Positions 20,298 through 30,473 are shown, numbered from the stretch's first letter. The stretch: 64,000 nt of DNA from Candidatus Cloacimonadota bacterium (GCA_049903315.1 JBNGBT010000006.1:147914-211913); one strand, 5' to 3'. The notes: a model not told the origin generated them from the letters alone. A program made the numbers and translations.

Positions 20298-23200
20298 ATG
20301 CATTACCAGTTAAATACAAAGGGTGAGTTTGTTATCATTGATTATAACTCATCCAAACTATTCTCAAGTTTCTTCCCTGGAGTTGCCGGCAAAAACGGCA
20401 TTCCCATGTGGACGTTTTACGTAAATCGCGGACAATGCATTTGCAGCATGGGGGTGGAAGGAAAACATCATCCGGTCATGGAATTTCTTCCTGCGAATTG
20501 GGCTTATAATCTAGTTTCAAGTCAGGGCTTTAGAACATTTGTAAAACTGCCCGATCATCCCTCGCTCAAATTCTATGAACCATTCCAAAACAATTTACGG
20601 GATAAAGATATGCATCGAACACAGCGTATGATCATAACATCTTTCCAATTGAGGTTGGAAGAAATGAATCATACTCTGGGGCTTAAATTTACAATTGAGT
20701 ATTTTAATATACCTCAAGATAATTATGCTGGACTTGTTCGCAAGCTGTATATAGAAAATCTGAATAATGAACACATCAAAATTGAAGGTCTCGATGGACT
20801 GCCACTTATTATTCCCTACGGTCTTGATGATTATGGCCTTAAACATATGAGACGATTAGTAGAAGCATTTGTTGAAGTTACCAATTACGATACTAAAGTA
20901 CCTTTATTTAAAGGGAAGGTGAAGCCTGCAGATCGGCCTGATGTGGTAAGGATAAAGAAAGGGAATTTTTATATTGGTTTTGATAATGATTCAAAACTGG
21001 TTACTCCAATCGTTGATCCAGTGAAAATTTTTGGAAAGCGGGGTGATTACAATTATCCTGAAAATTTCTTAAAATCATCATCAGAGAATTTGATCAATGG
21101 ACAGATTTTTGAGAATCGTTTGCCGTGTGCGATGGGTGTTATTACTACTAACCTCGCAGCAGGTGAATCATTCACATATACATCGATTATTGGTCATGCA
21201 GGATCTGTTCAGGAATTGAATGAACTGGTACCTAAAATTACTAATCAAGAATACATTGAGAATAAAGCAACTGAAAACAAGAATATAGTTAAAGCATTAA
21301 GTCAACAAAATTTTATTTGTAGTTCGGAACCTGTTCTGAACCTTTATGCCAGACAGAATTTTATAGATAATACTCTGCGTGGTGGATTTCCCTACACAAT
21401 AAAAGGTAAAGAGAGTTCTACAACCCTGCATCTCTATTCACGCAAACATGGCGATTTGGAAAGGGATTATAATGATTACCGCCTCAATCCGACACCGTAT
21501 TCTCAGGGAAATGGGAACTTTCGGGATGTGAATCAAAATCGTAGATGCGATATCTTTTTCAATCCGGATGTGCAGGAAGGAAACGTTGAACATTTTTACA
21601 ATCTGATCCAGTTGGACGGTTTTAATCCACTTGTGATAAAAGAAGTCCGTTTCACAGTTTTAAATCAGGAAAAGCTGAAAAACATACTGGCCGAATATCT
21701 TGGTTGTGAAAAAATAGAAATTGTGAGTACATTTTTACAACAACCATTTGCCCCCGGTGAATTGTTGCTTTTCCTAAGAGAGCAAAAAATTGATGTTACA
21801 GATGATATTGATACCTTCATCGGTGATGTTCTCGGGGTTTGTAAAAAGAACTATGGTACTCAATATGGAGAAGGTTTCTGGACAGATCATTGGACGTATA
21901 ATCTGGATCTTCTGGAAAATTATCTGGCTGTATATCCTGACAAAAAATATTATATCTTATTCGATAAGAAATCATTCTCGTTTTATGATAATCCTCATCG
22001 TGTTCAATCCCGAGATGATAAATATGTGATCTGGGATGGAAAAGCCATACAACTGAGTTCGGTTGTTTTTGATGATGAAAAAGATTTATTAATCAAGCAG
22101 CGTACTTTAAACCAAAACAAGGTTCATACGAATTTTGGGAAAGGTGATGTTTATTATACGAACCTATTCACTAAAATACTTTCTCTGCTTGTTAACAAAT
22201 TTGCTTCTTTGGATGCTGAAGGAGTCGGTGTAGAAATGGAAGCAAATAAGCCGAACTGGTATGATGCGTTGAATGGTTTGCCTGGTTTACATGGTTCCAG
22301 TATCAGTGAAACTCTGGAAGTTAAACGACATATTTTATTCCTTTTAGAGTCCTTTGAAGAACTTGATCTAGAAGGTCAGAATTTGTTGGTTTTCGAAGAA
22401 ATGAAAGAGTTTTTGAACGAACTCCATAATCTTCTAAGGACGCAATTAACTCCCTTTGAATTCTGGGCTAAATCTGCATCTATTAAGGAAGAATATCGTG
22501 AAAAGACTCGATTGGGAATCAGCGGTAAAGAAGTAGTATTATTAAAAGATGATATAATTGTTTTTCTACAAGACGGTCTAAAAAAACTGGATGTAGGTAT
22601 CAAAAAGGCGTGGAACAAAAAGGATAATGTGATCTCTACATATTTCATTAACGAACCTGTTGAATACGAAGAAATAAAGCTATCTGATTCTAATGGAAAT
22701 CAAATTTTGAAGCGAAATGCAAGGGAAATGCCGTGCATTAGAATAAAAAAGTTCAAGCAAAGACCATTACCTCTATTTCTGGAAGGACCGGTTCATTACT
22801 TGCGTTGTAATACAAACAAGGAACATGCCGAAACATTTGCAACCAATATTAAAAAAAGCGGATTGTTCGACACTAAGCTGAAGATGTATAAAGTGAATGA
22901 ATCTCTGGAAGATCAGCCACCTGAAATTGGTCGTGCTAGAACTTTTACTCCAGGTTGGTTTGAGAATGAATCTATCTGGCTGCACATGGAGTATAAATAC
23001 ATGCTGGAATTGATGAGGAATGGTCTTTATAAACAGTTTTACGATGATTTCAAAAATGTTTTTGTTCCTTTTATGAAACCCGAAGTATATGGTAGAAGCA
23101 TTCTGGAAAACTCATCCTTTATTGTAAGCAGTGCAAATTCAGATCCATCATTACATGGTAACGGATTTGTCGCAAGGTTGAGTGGAGCGACTGCTGAATT

Positions 23201-23588
23201 CATTAATATCCTGATGTTCATGGTAATCGGGCAGAAACCGTTTGAAGTTGATAATAATGAGCTTCAGTTTTGTTTGAAACCTGCGCTTCCTGGTTGGCTA
23301 TTCACCAGGAAACCGTACAGTAAAAGATTATTCCTGCATGATAACTGGCAGGAAGTAGAATTTAAAGAAAACACATTCAGCTTTATGTTCTTAGGTGAAA
23401 TTCTCGTTACGTATCACAATCCGAACAGAAAGGATACTTTTGGTGTCAATGCTGTGGTACCTGCATCTTGGAAATTAATCGATGAAGAAGGAAATATAGA
23501 GATAATCAAAGATAACAAAATAAAAGGTGATATTGCTGAAAAAATCCGAAGAAGAGAGATAAAACGGATTTATGTAAATTTAAATTGA
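20298..23588 (+). CDS. Cytoplasmic beta-1,3-glucan phosphorylase, GH161-like
   Basis: FSSFFPGVAGKNGIPMWTFYVNRGQ, YSRKHGDLERDYN, GNGNFRDVNQNRR, WYDALNGLPG, ENESIWLHMEYKY; no signal peptide. Confidence 0.8.
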   Translation: MHYQLNTKGEFVIIDYNSSKLFSSFFPGVAGKNGIPMWTFYVNRGQCICSMGVEGKHHPVMEFLPANWAYNLVSSQGFRTFVKLPDHPSLKFYEPFQNNLRDKDMHRTQRMIITSFQLRLEEMNHTLGLKFTIEYFNIPQDNYAGLVRKLYIENLNNEHIKIEGLDGLPLIIPYGLDDYGLKHMRRLVEAFVEVTNYDTKVPLFKGKVKPADRPDVVRIKKGNFYIGFDNDSKLVTPIVDPVKIFGKRGDYNYPENFLKSSSENLINGQIFENRLPCAMGVITTNLAAGESFTYTSIIGHAGSVQELNELVPKITNQEYIENKATENKNIVKALSQQNFICSSEPVLNLYARQNFIDNTLRGGFPYTIKGKESSTTLHLYSRKHGDLERDYNDYRLNPTPYSQGNGNFRDVNQNRRCDIFFNPDVQEGNVEHFYNLIQLDGFNPLVIKEVRFTVLNQEKLKNILAEYLGCEKIEIVSTFLQQPFAPGELLLFLREQKIDVTDDIDTFIGDVLGVCKKNYGTQYGEGFWTDHWTYNLDLLENYLAVYPDKKYYILFDKKSFSFYDNPHRVQSRDDKYVIWDGKAIQLSSVVFDDEKDLLIKQRTLNQNKVHTNFGKGDVYYTNLFTKILSLLVNKFASLDAEGVGVEMEANKPNWYDALNGLPGLHGSSISETLEVKRHILFLLESFEELDLEGQNLLVFEEMKEFLNELHNLLRTQLTPFEFWAKSASIKEEYREKTRLGISGKEVVLLKDDIIVFLQDGLKKLDVGIKKAWNKKDNVISTYFINEPVEYEEIKLSDSNGNQILKRNAREMPCIRIKKFKQRPLPLFLEGPVHYLRCNTNKEHAETFATNIKKSGLFDTKLKMYKVNESLEDQPPEIGRARTFTPGWFENESIWLHMEYKYMLELMRNGLYKQFYDDFKNVFVPFMKPEVYGRSILENSSFIVSSANSDPSLHGNGFVARLSGATAEFINILMFMVIGQKPFEVDNNELQFCLKPALPGWLFTRKPYSKRLFLHDNWQEVEFKENTFSFMFLGEILVTYHNPNRKDTFGVNAVVPASWKLIDEEGNIEIIKDNKIKGDIAEKIRRREIKRIYVNLN

Positions 23589-23604
23589 AAATGGAGAATG
23601 TATA

Positions 23605-25536
23605 ATGAAAGATATTGAAGTTAGAATTTCTGAGTTATTAGTGAAAATGACTCTTGATCAGAAAGTAGGACAGATCGTCCAGCCGGAAAGGCAATTTGTT
23701 ACCCCGCAAGAAGTAAAGAAATATCATATTGGTTCAGTTCTCAGTGGTGGCGGATCGGTTCCCGGTGATAACAAGCCGGATGATTGGATAAAAATGAATG
23801 ATGCTTACTGGGAAGCTTCCATGGAAGAAGACGAAGAGCATCTGGCAATTCCGATCATCTATGGAGTGGATGCAATCCATGGAAACACAAACGTGAAAGG
23901 GGCAGTTGTTTTCCCGCATAATATCGGATTAGGTGCAGCTAATGATCCTGACTTGCTGGAAAGAATTGCTGCTGTTACTGCCAAGGAGATCGCAGCAACG
24001 GGCGTTGAATGGACTTTTGCTCCAACACTTGCAGTGGCTCGTAACGATCATTGGGGTAGAACGTATGAAAGCTATTCCGAAGACCCTAAAATTGTCTGCG
24101 ATTACGCCCCCAGATTTGTTAAGGGACTGCAAGGAAATTATGGGGAAGAAAACGTGATCGCCTGTGCTAAACACTGGGTTGGTGACGGAGCAACACTGCA
24201 TGGAATTGATCAGGGAGATATGTGTATCAGTGAACATGAATTACGTAGAATTCATGTTCCTCCTTACAAAGCTGCGATAGATGCTGGTGTGCTGACTGTG
24301 ATGGTTTCGTTGAGCAGCTGGTATGGAGAGAAGTGCCATGGTCACAAATTTCTGATTACTGATCTTCTGAAAAATGAACTGGGATTTAATGGCTTTGTGA
24401 TCTCCGATTGGGATGGTATCGATTATCTAGATAAGAGTTATGAAGAGTCTGCTGTAATGGCTATGAATGCAGGTATGGATATGTTCATGATCACCGGAAA
24501 ATGGAAAGAATTTATCCAACACATGAAAGCAAATATTCATAACGGCCACATTCCCATGGAACGTCTTGATGATGCCGTGCGCAGAATTTTGCGCGTAAAA
24601 TTCTTGTTTGGTATGTTTGAAAAACCGCGTCCTACAGAAAGAACACTATCGCTGGATCATTCTTGTTTTGGCTCACTGGAACATCGCGAAGTCGCAAGAG
24701 AAGCAGTTCGTAAATCTCTGGTCATGCTCAAGAATGATGAAGATATACTACCACTAAATAAAAATGCTCGAATTTTAGTTGCTGGGAAAAATGCTCACAA
24801 CCGCGGACATCAATGTGGTGGATTTACCGTAGCTTGGCAAGGTGTTGATGATAATGACGAGTCAAAAGACAAAACATATATCATGACAGATTCTGAAAAA
24901 GAGAAACCGCGAGATAAAAAGATAAGTAACGGAATATCTCATAGATCATCAATCATCGGCGGATCTTCGATTTGGGAAGGTATTCAAGCTGTTGCTCCAA
25001 ATGCTCATTTGAGTATTGATGGCTCAGATGCTGATCCTGCTAAATATGATGTAGCAATTGTTTGCATCGGGGAAGTCCCTTATGCAGAAATGCTTGGTGA
25101 TATTCGTGTTGAGGGATTGAGAAAAGGTTTAAAGATCAGCAAAGGTTCAAGTATTGATGACACGCTACCGGGTGATGAAATTCCTATTGTGAAAAAAGGA
25201 CCGTATGGAACTCATCTCTATTTGCATGAACTTCATCCCGAGGATATTGCAACTATTAAAAATATTACCAGCAAAGGAATTCCGGTTGTCACGATTATGA
25301 TCTGCGGTCGTCCGTTAGTTATTGAACAAGAGCTTGAAGAATCGAAAGCATTTGTCATTGCCTGGTTCCCAGGTTCCGAAGGGCAGGGAGTGGCTGATGT
25401 TATCTTCGGTGATTATGATTTCCAAGGCAAACTGAGTTTTTCTTTATCGCGTTTCGATCAGGAAAACTGGAACCTAGGCGATGAAAATTATAATCCGCTT
25501 TTCCCGTATGGATATGGATTGAAATATGATAGATAA
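23605..25536 (+). CDS. GH3 beta-glucosidase / exo-beta-glucanase, cytoplasmic
   Basis: YGVDAIHG, FPHNIGLGA, WGRTYE, AKHWVGDG, nucleophile SDW motifs. Confidence 0.93.
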   Translation: MKDIEVRISELLVKMTLDQKVGQIVQPERQFVTPQEVKKYHIGSVLSGGGSVPGDNKPDDWIKMNDAYWEASMEEDEEHLAIPIIYGVDAIHGNTNVKGAVVFPHNIGLGAANDPDLLERIAAVTAKEIAATGVEWTFAPTLAVARNDHWGRTYESYSEDPKIVCDYAPRFVKGLQGNYGEENVIACAKHWVGDGATLHGIDQGDMCISEHELRRIHVPPYKAAIDAGVLTVMVSLSSWYGEKCHGHKFLITDLLKNELGFNGFVISDWDGIDYLDKSYEESAVMAMNAGMDMFMITGKWKEFIQHMKANIHNGHIPMERLDDAVRRILRVKFLFGMFEKPRPTERTLSLDHSCFGSLEHREVAREAVRKSLVMLKNDEDILPLNKNARILVAGKNAHNRGHQCGGFTVAWQGVDDNDESKDKTYIMTDSEKEKPRDKKISNGISHRSSIIGGSSIWEGIQAVAPNAHLSIDGSDADPAKYDVAIVCIGEVPYAEMLGDIRVEGLRKGLKISKGSSIDDTLPGDEIPIVKKGPYGTHLYLHELHPEDIATIKNITSKGIPVVTIMICGRPLVIEQELEESKAFVIAWFPGSEGQGVADVIFGDYDFQGKLSFSLSRFDQENWNLGDENYNPLFPYGYGLKYDR

Positions 25537-25594
25537 TATCGATAGATAAAAAATCAACTTGTGGATTTCAAACAAGATTAATTGTTCTTTGAAT

Positions 25595-25756
25595 TTATAG
25601 TACATCTTTCAACACCTCATTCATTACCACGAGTTCTTTGTAGATTTCTATGTAATCTTCGAGGTTAAGGATCACCATTTGTGATTTCTTGCGAGAAAAA
25701 TCTCGTAAGTAATTTATGATAAGTAAATTAAGGGTGTTCGATAAAGAGCACCCTTT
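25595..25756. repeat. Junction B (attP-like): right arm + ggatcaccatt core + left arm
   Basis: 25608-25756 is identical to 30487-30635 (149 bp); its left arm matches 5913-5951. Confidence 0.9.
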
Positions 25757-25808
25757 CTCTTATCCTAGCAATACAAAATCTATAACTGACACTATATCAG
25801 TGAATTGC

Positions 25809-25830
25809 GGGGTTCGATTCCCCTTGGGTC
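25809..25830 (+). repeat. Isolated copy of the tRNA-Glu T-arm/acceptor 3' segment
   Basis: ggggttcgattccccttgggtc versus tRNA ggggttcgattccccttggggtc (one G missing); a more decayed copy lies at about 30689-30712. Confidence 0.75.
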
Positions 25831-26323
25831 TATTAGGCAATTCTGATATTTTAATGAATAATTTACTTCTTATTTGAGTTGTGGATCCGAGGATGGGTTT
25901 TTATATACAGAAAACATAATAAAAAAAATTGACACCCATTACACAATTCCAATTAATCTAGTTCAAAGGAAAAAATATGATGGCAACGAACGATAATTGG
26001 AAGAATGTATTGGGAGGACATACCCCCCCCATTTTATTTTAGTAACTAACGCATATTATGCAAGTTACCACAAACCGGCATATTTTAACAAGGAAAAACA
26101 TAGCAAAAATACAATATTACTATTTCTCGGGAAAAATAAATTACTTCATTCCGACCTTACTATTCCGGTTCCCGGGAATAGTGGGGTGCAAGGAATATGA
26201 GTACTGAATCGGCTAAGGTTGGATTGAATATGATGTTGTGGGATATGTATTATGGGTCGTTCTTTTAAAAGAAAATGTGTTAATTATTAGTTCATTAAAT
26301 GACAATGAGACAAAAAAGGAGAA

Positions 26324-28155
26324 ATGATGAAAAAGTATATTTCACTATTAGTGGTACTTATAATATTATTATTCTGTAGCAACTTATTTGCAGGTTATCT
26401 TTATGTCGAAATATGGAATGCTACAGGATATGAGATGAATGATTGTTGTATTTATCTTAACATCTCAGAAGAAGTTAGTGGAGCAACATGGCAGCCTGGG
26501 TTTACACCTTATGTGTTTGAAGTTGATGATCCCTCCAGTGTATATGTATGGGCTTTTTGTTATGCTGATTGCTATGGTTGGGAATTTTATGCGAATGGAG
26601 ATGATTACTCTTACTGGAATCCGAATACACAGCATTGGGAAGCTTCTGTAGAAGTTAATGGTGTGTATAATCCTTCACAGATAAATTTTACTATTACTGT
26701 TAACAATGAAATCGATGAAGCATCCAATTGTAGTTTGATCAGAAATCCAAACACTAATCCGGAAACTCTCTTTGTAAACCAAACGATTTCTACTGGGACA
26801 ACAACCTATACTGAATATGAGATATATGTAGATGATGAACTAATGGTTGAGGGTGACGTTGATGGATTTTATTCCGGACAGGTATACGATGTAAGTGATT
26901 TGGAAGTTGTAGATTATAATTTTAACTCTTCAACATATGTTTTGGATATCTATGCAGAGTTAGACTTAGAATATGATGATACTCCTCCTGATTATGACTA
27001 CAATGTAACCAGTTTATCTTCATCAGGTTGGAACTGGGTCTCTTTCCCTGTTCTTGATCCCGATTATGACGATCCTATAGACTATGTTCTGGAACCAATA
27101 CTCGATGATTTGGATGAAGTTGTTCATGATCAGGATTACATATATTGGACTGGTACTAGTTGGCAAAACAATATTGGAGATTTTCAAAGTATCGATGGAT
27201 ATAAGATACAGATGGACGATGATGCTGAACTTGAAGTTGCGGGATGGGTTGAAGATCCTGATACAGAAATACCCCTCTACGAAGAGGAGGAAAATTGGAT
27301 AGGATATTTTATCCCATACAGCCATCACCTTCATGGGCATTTGGAGATGCCTGGCAATATCTAAACTGTATTCAAGCAGAAGATTGGAGTATGTACAAAA
27401 AGAACGGGATATGGTATGGACCTGCCGGTGTCACTATAGATTATGGAGATGGTTATGTAGTATGGGTTGACGATGATTGTACTCTTGAATGGGTTTGTTT
27501 TGGTCAAATGAAAAGCTATGAGAAACCTGAATCACAATATTTCTCTTATGAGGAGAAGGCAAGTTATGAAGCAATCGATATTACAGGCATTGATGAAAGT
27601 GTGTTAGAAATAGGTGTTTTTGAGAACGATATTTGCGTCGGAGCTTCAGTTGTGGAAAATGGTTTTGCACAAATTCTTGCATATACTGAGAATGTAAATA
27701 AAAAAGGTTCTGAACTTACTTTTCAAATAGTGAGTGGAAAAGGAGATAAGCAAGAGATATGCAGCTTTTATGTGTATGATTTTGATAAAAATACCTACAT
27801 AAAAAAGAATCTCATCTCCGGCAATCAGAAGTACTCACTCGTTAAATTGAGCAAGGGAGAGGGAAACCAAACACCTATCGAGCTTTCACTCTCACAGAAT
27901 ATTCCGAATCCCTTCTCTTCTCATACTCTTATATCATATTCAATTCCGAAAGAATCTCATGTGAAGATATCAGTTTACAATTTAAAGGGCCAAAGAGTGA
28001 AAACTCTCGTTAATGAAATATTATCAGTTGGTAGCTATTCTACAGTATGGAATGGCACTGATGATAAAGGTATCACATTACCAAACGGTGTTTATTTCTA
28101 TAAACTTGATAATGACAATACATCAATCAGTAAAAAAGTAATAATAATGCATTAA
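26324..28155 (+). pseudogene. Secreted acidic CTD protein split by a single-base deletion at about 27324 (or a sequencing error)
   Basis: ORF1 has the signal peptide and reads ...ENWIGYFIPYS; ORF2 continues SPSWAFGD... to the NIPNPF CTD; agc ca- tca cct needs one extra base. Confidence 0.8.
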
Positions 28156-28170
28156 TTAGCATATATGAGA

Positions 28171-28205
28171 ACAAGACCGTATTGAAAAATACAGTACGGT
28201 CTTGT
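28171..28205 (+). terminator. Strong intergenic hairpin (terminator or mRNA stabiliser)
   Basis: acaagaccgtattg-7nt-cagtacggtcttgt; no clear U-tract. Confidence 0.6.
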
Positions 28206-28232
28206 AACTCTTACTAATATTTCTGGAGTCAT

Positions 28233-30458
28233 ATGCAAAAATTTTTAATTCAATTAATTCTCACAATATTATTTGTTTGTTTTGCATCATTTTTATATTC
28301 TCATATAATCATCGTCGATATCAATGGAACAGGAAATTACACGAGCATACAGGAAGGAATAGAAAATTCATCAAGCGGTGACACCGTTTTGGTACATCCC
28401 GGAACATATTATGAGAATATAAATTATAATGGAAAGAACATTACGGTAGCAAGTTTATATATCAATACACAAATTGATTCATTTGTAAAAAATACTATAA
28501 TTGACGGTAACCAGAATGGGAGTGTGGTAACCTTCGAAAGTGGAGAAGATACCTCTGCAGTTCTTTGTGGATTTACTCTTCAAAATGGAAGTGGTACATA
28601 TAATTTACATAATATTAGAGGTGGAGGAATTTTTTGTATCAACTCTAATCCTAAGTTATTAAGTTGTAATATCCAAAATAATAATGCCGAGTTCGGTGGT
28701 GGTATTCATTGCAGATATTCAATGATACATATCTCAGGAACAACGATCCGTTATAACCATTCGATATATGACGGCGGAGGGATATATTTAAGAGACGAGT
28801 CTAATATCATTTTCGATAGTATTAACCGATCAAACATTTATTTAAATTACGCAGGATGCGGTTGTGATATAGGTTCTTATGAAATAAGCGGTATAGAAGT
28901 AATAGTAGATACGTTTACCGTTATTGAACCAGATGATTACAATACATATCCTTATGAAAGCTATGATTTTGATATTTATAGTAATAAGATAGAAATGATA
29001 AATTGTGACCTATATATTAGTCCTTTGGGTAATAACACAAGTAGTGGATTTTCACCTGATGATCCATTGAAAACAATATCCTATGCGATGACAAAGATAA
29101 AGTCGGATAGCATAAGCTGTAATACAATATATCTATCAAATGGGATATATTCACCAGCTACGAATGAGGATTTATTCCCGATTAATTGTAAAGATTATGT
29201 TTCTATTCAAGGGGAGGATAAGGATTTAACTATTCTTGATGGGAGTAATGAATGGTTTTTACTATATTCCTATGAAGACAATGATTATTCTATAAAAGAT
29301 ATTACATTACAAAATGGTTTTAATGATATAACAGGAGGGGGTATGAGTATTCATTATGGACAAGATATATTTTTGAAGGATATAAATTTTATTAACAATA
29401 AAGCTGAAGTGGGTGGTGGAGGATTGAATATATTTGAAACACAGGGGGTATTTGAAAATTTAACAATTCGTAACAATTCGTCTGATGGAGGAGGTGGTCT
29501 CTTTGTTTCTAATAATTCAAATCCTGTATTTATTAATTGTATTATCGATAGAAATAATACAATTACTCCAGGTTGGGGATATGCAGGAGGAGTAAGTTGC
29601 ACAGTTGAGTGTAATCCAGTATTTATTAACACGGCAATAACAAATAATGAATCAGATGAAACAAGCGGATTAAGTGCTTCTGGTGGTGCTGGGGATTATT
29701 GCGATCCAATTCTAATAAATTGTACTATTTGCGATAATTCAGAAAACCCATATGGAACTATTTATCAAGGAGATGGATCTCATATTAGTTTAATAAATTG
29801 CATATTAAGGAATTATTCAGATGATGAGGTTGTATTCTCTACCAATCCACCAGCAAAAAAAGTCACTGTATCGTACTCAAATATTAAAGGTGGTATTGAT
29901 GCTATAAACACGAATAACAATGGTAGCATTATCTGGGGAGACGGCAATATAGACGAAGATCCGCTGTTTGTTGGCGGGGATCCCTTCAGTTATGAGTTAA
30001 CACCAGAATCTCCCTGCATCGATGCCGGCACACCGGACACAACAGGACTGCATTTACCTGCAACGGACTTAGCAGGTAATCCGAGAATATTCAATGGAAG
30101 AATAGATATCGGTGCATATGAGTGTCAGGATACAGTAAGCGTGGATGAACCGGACACGAGTTTTATTCATAATTTGTATTTATTCCAGAATACCCCGAAT
30201 CCTTTTACGAATGAGACGGAAATATTGTTCATCACTGCGGATTACGAAAGAGTAGAAGATTACACACTTTCCATATACAATACCAAAGGACAGCTTGTCC
30301 GCAGGTTCGATGGTAGAACTAATAATTTTTGGGTAAAGACAAAGATTGTCTGGGACGGAACGGATGAACGGGGCAAACACGTAGCACCCGGAACATATTT
30401 ATATAAATTAGAATACAACGGACATGCAGTGGTGAGGAAGATGGTGAAGGTGAGATAG
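28233..30458 (+). CDS. Secreted parallel beta-helix (pectin-lyase-like/DUF1565, choice-of-anchor Q-like) protein with CTD
   Basis: SIQEGI...GDTVLVHPGTYYENI; GGGI repeats; DPLKTISYA; SPCIDAG..DLAGNPRI..IDIGAYE; NTPNPF CTD. Confidence 0.82.
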   Translation: MQKFLIQLILTILFVCFASFLYSHIIIVDINGTGNYTSIQEGIENSSSGDTVLVHPGTYYENINYNGKNITVASLYINTQIDSFVKNTIIDGNQNGSVVTFESGEDTSAVLCGFTLQNGSGTYNLHNIRGGGIFCINSNPKLLSCNIQNNNAEFGGGIHCRYSMIHISGTTIRYNHSIYDGGGIYLRDESNIIFDSINRSNIYLNYAGCGCDIGSYEISGIEVIVDTFTVIEPDDYNTYPYESYDFDIYSNKIEMINCDLYISPLGNNTSSGFSPDDPLKTISYAMTKIKSDSISCNTIYLSNGIYSPATNEDLFPINCKDYVSIQGEDKDLTILDGSNEWFLLYSYEDNDYSIKDITLQNGFNDITGGGMSIHYGQDIFLKDINFINNKAEVGGGGLNIFETQGVFENLTIRNNSSDGGGGLFVSNNSNPVFINCIIDRNNTITPGWGYAGGVSCTVECNPVFINTAITNNESDETSGLSASGGAGDYCDPILINCTICDNSENPYGTIYQGDGSHISLINCILRNYSDDEVVFSTNPPAKKVTVSYSNIKGGIDAINTNNNGSIIWGDGNIDEDPLFVGGDPFSYELTPESPCIDAGTPDTTGLHLPATDLAGNPRIFNGRIDIGAYECQDTVSVDEPDTSFIHNLYLFQNTPNPFTNETEILFITADYERVEDYTLSIYNTKGQLVRRFDGRTNNFWVKTKIVWDGTDERGKHVAPGTYLYKLEYNGHAVVRKMVKVR

Positions 30459-30473
30459 GAACCGAGAAACAAA

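Larger units (their letters stand above)
5919..25677. mobile_element. tRNA-Glu-integrated unit 1: beta-1,3-glucan utilisation island, no integrase gene
   Basis: Bounded by the tRNA 3' core and its repeat at 25669-25679; self-contained regulon cargo. Confidence 0.75.

Noticed and set aside
25642..25703. Strong dyad symmetry around the att core
   Set aside because: Only agattt/aaatct and gg/cc pair symmetrically, which is too weak to define recombinase binding sites by eye.
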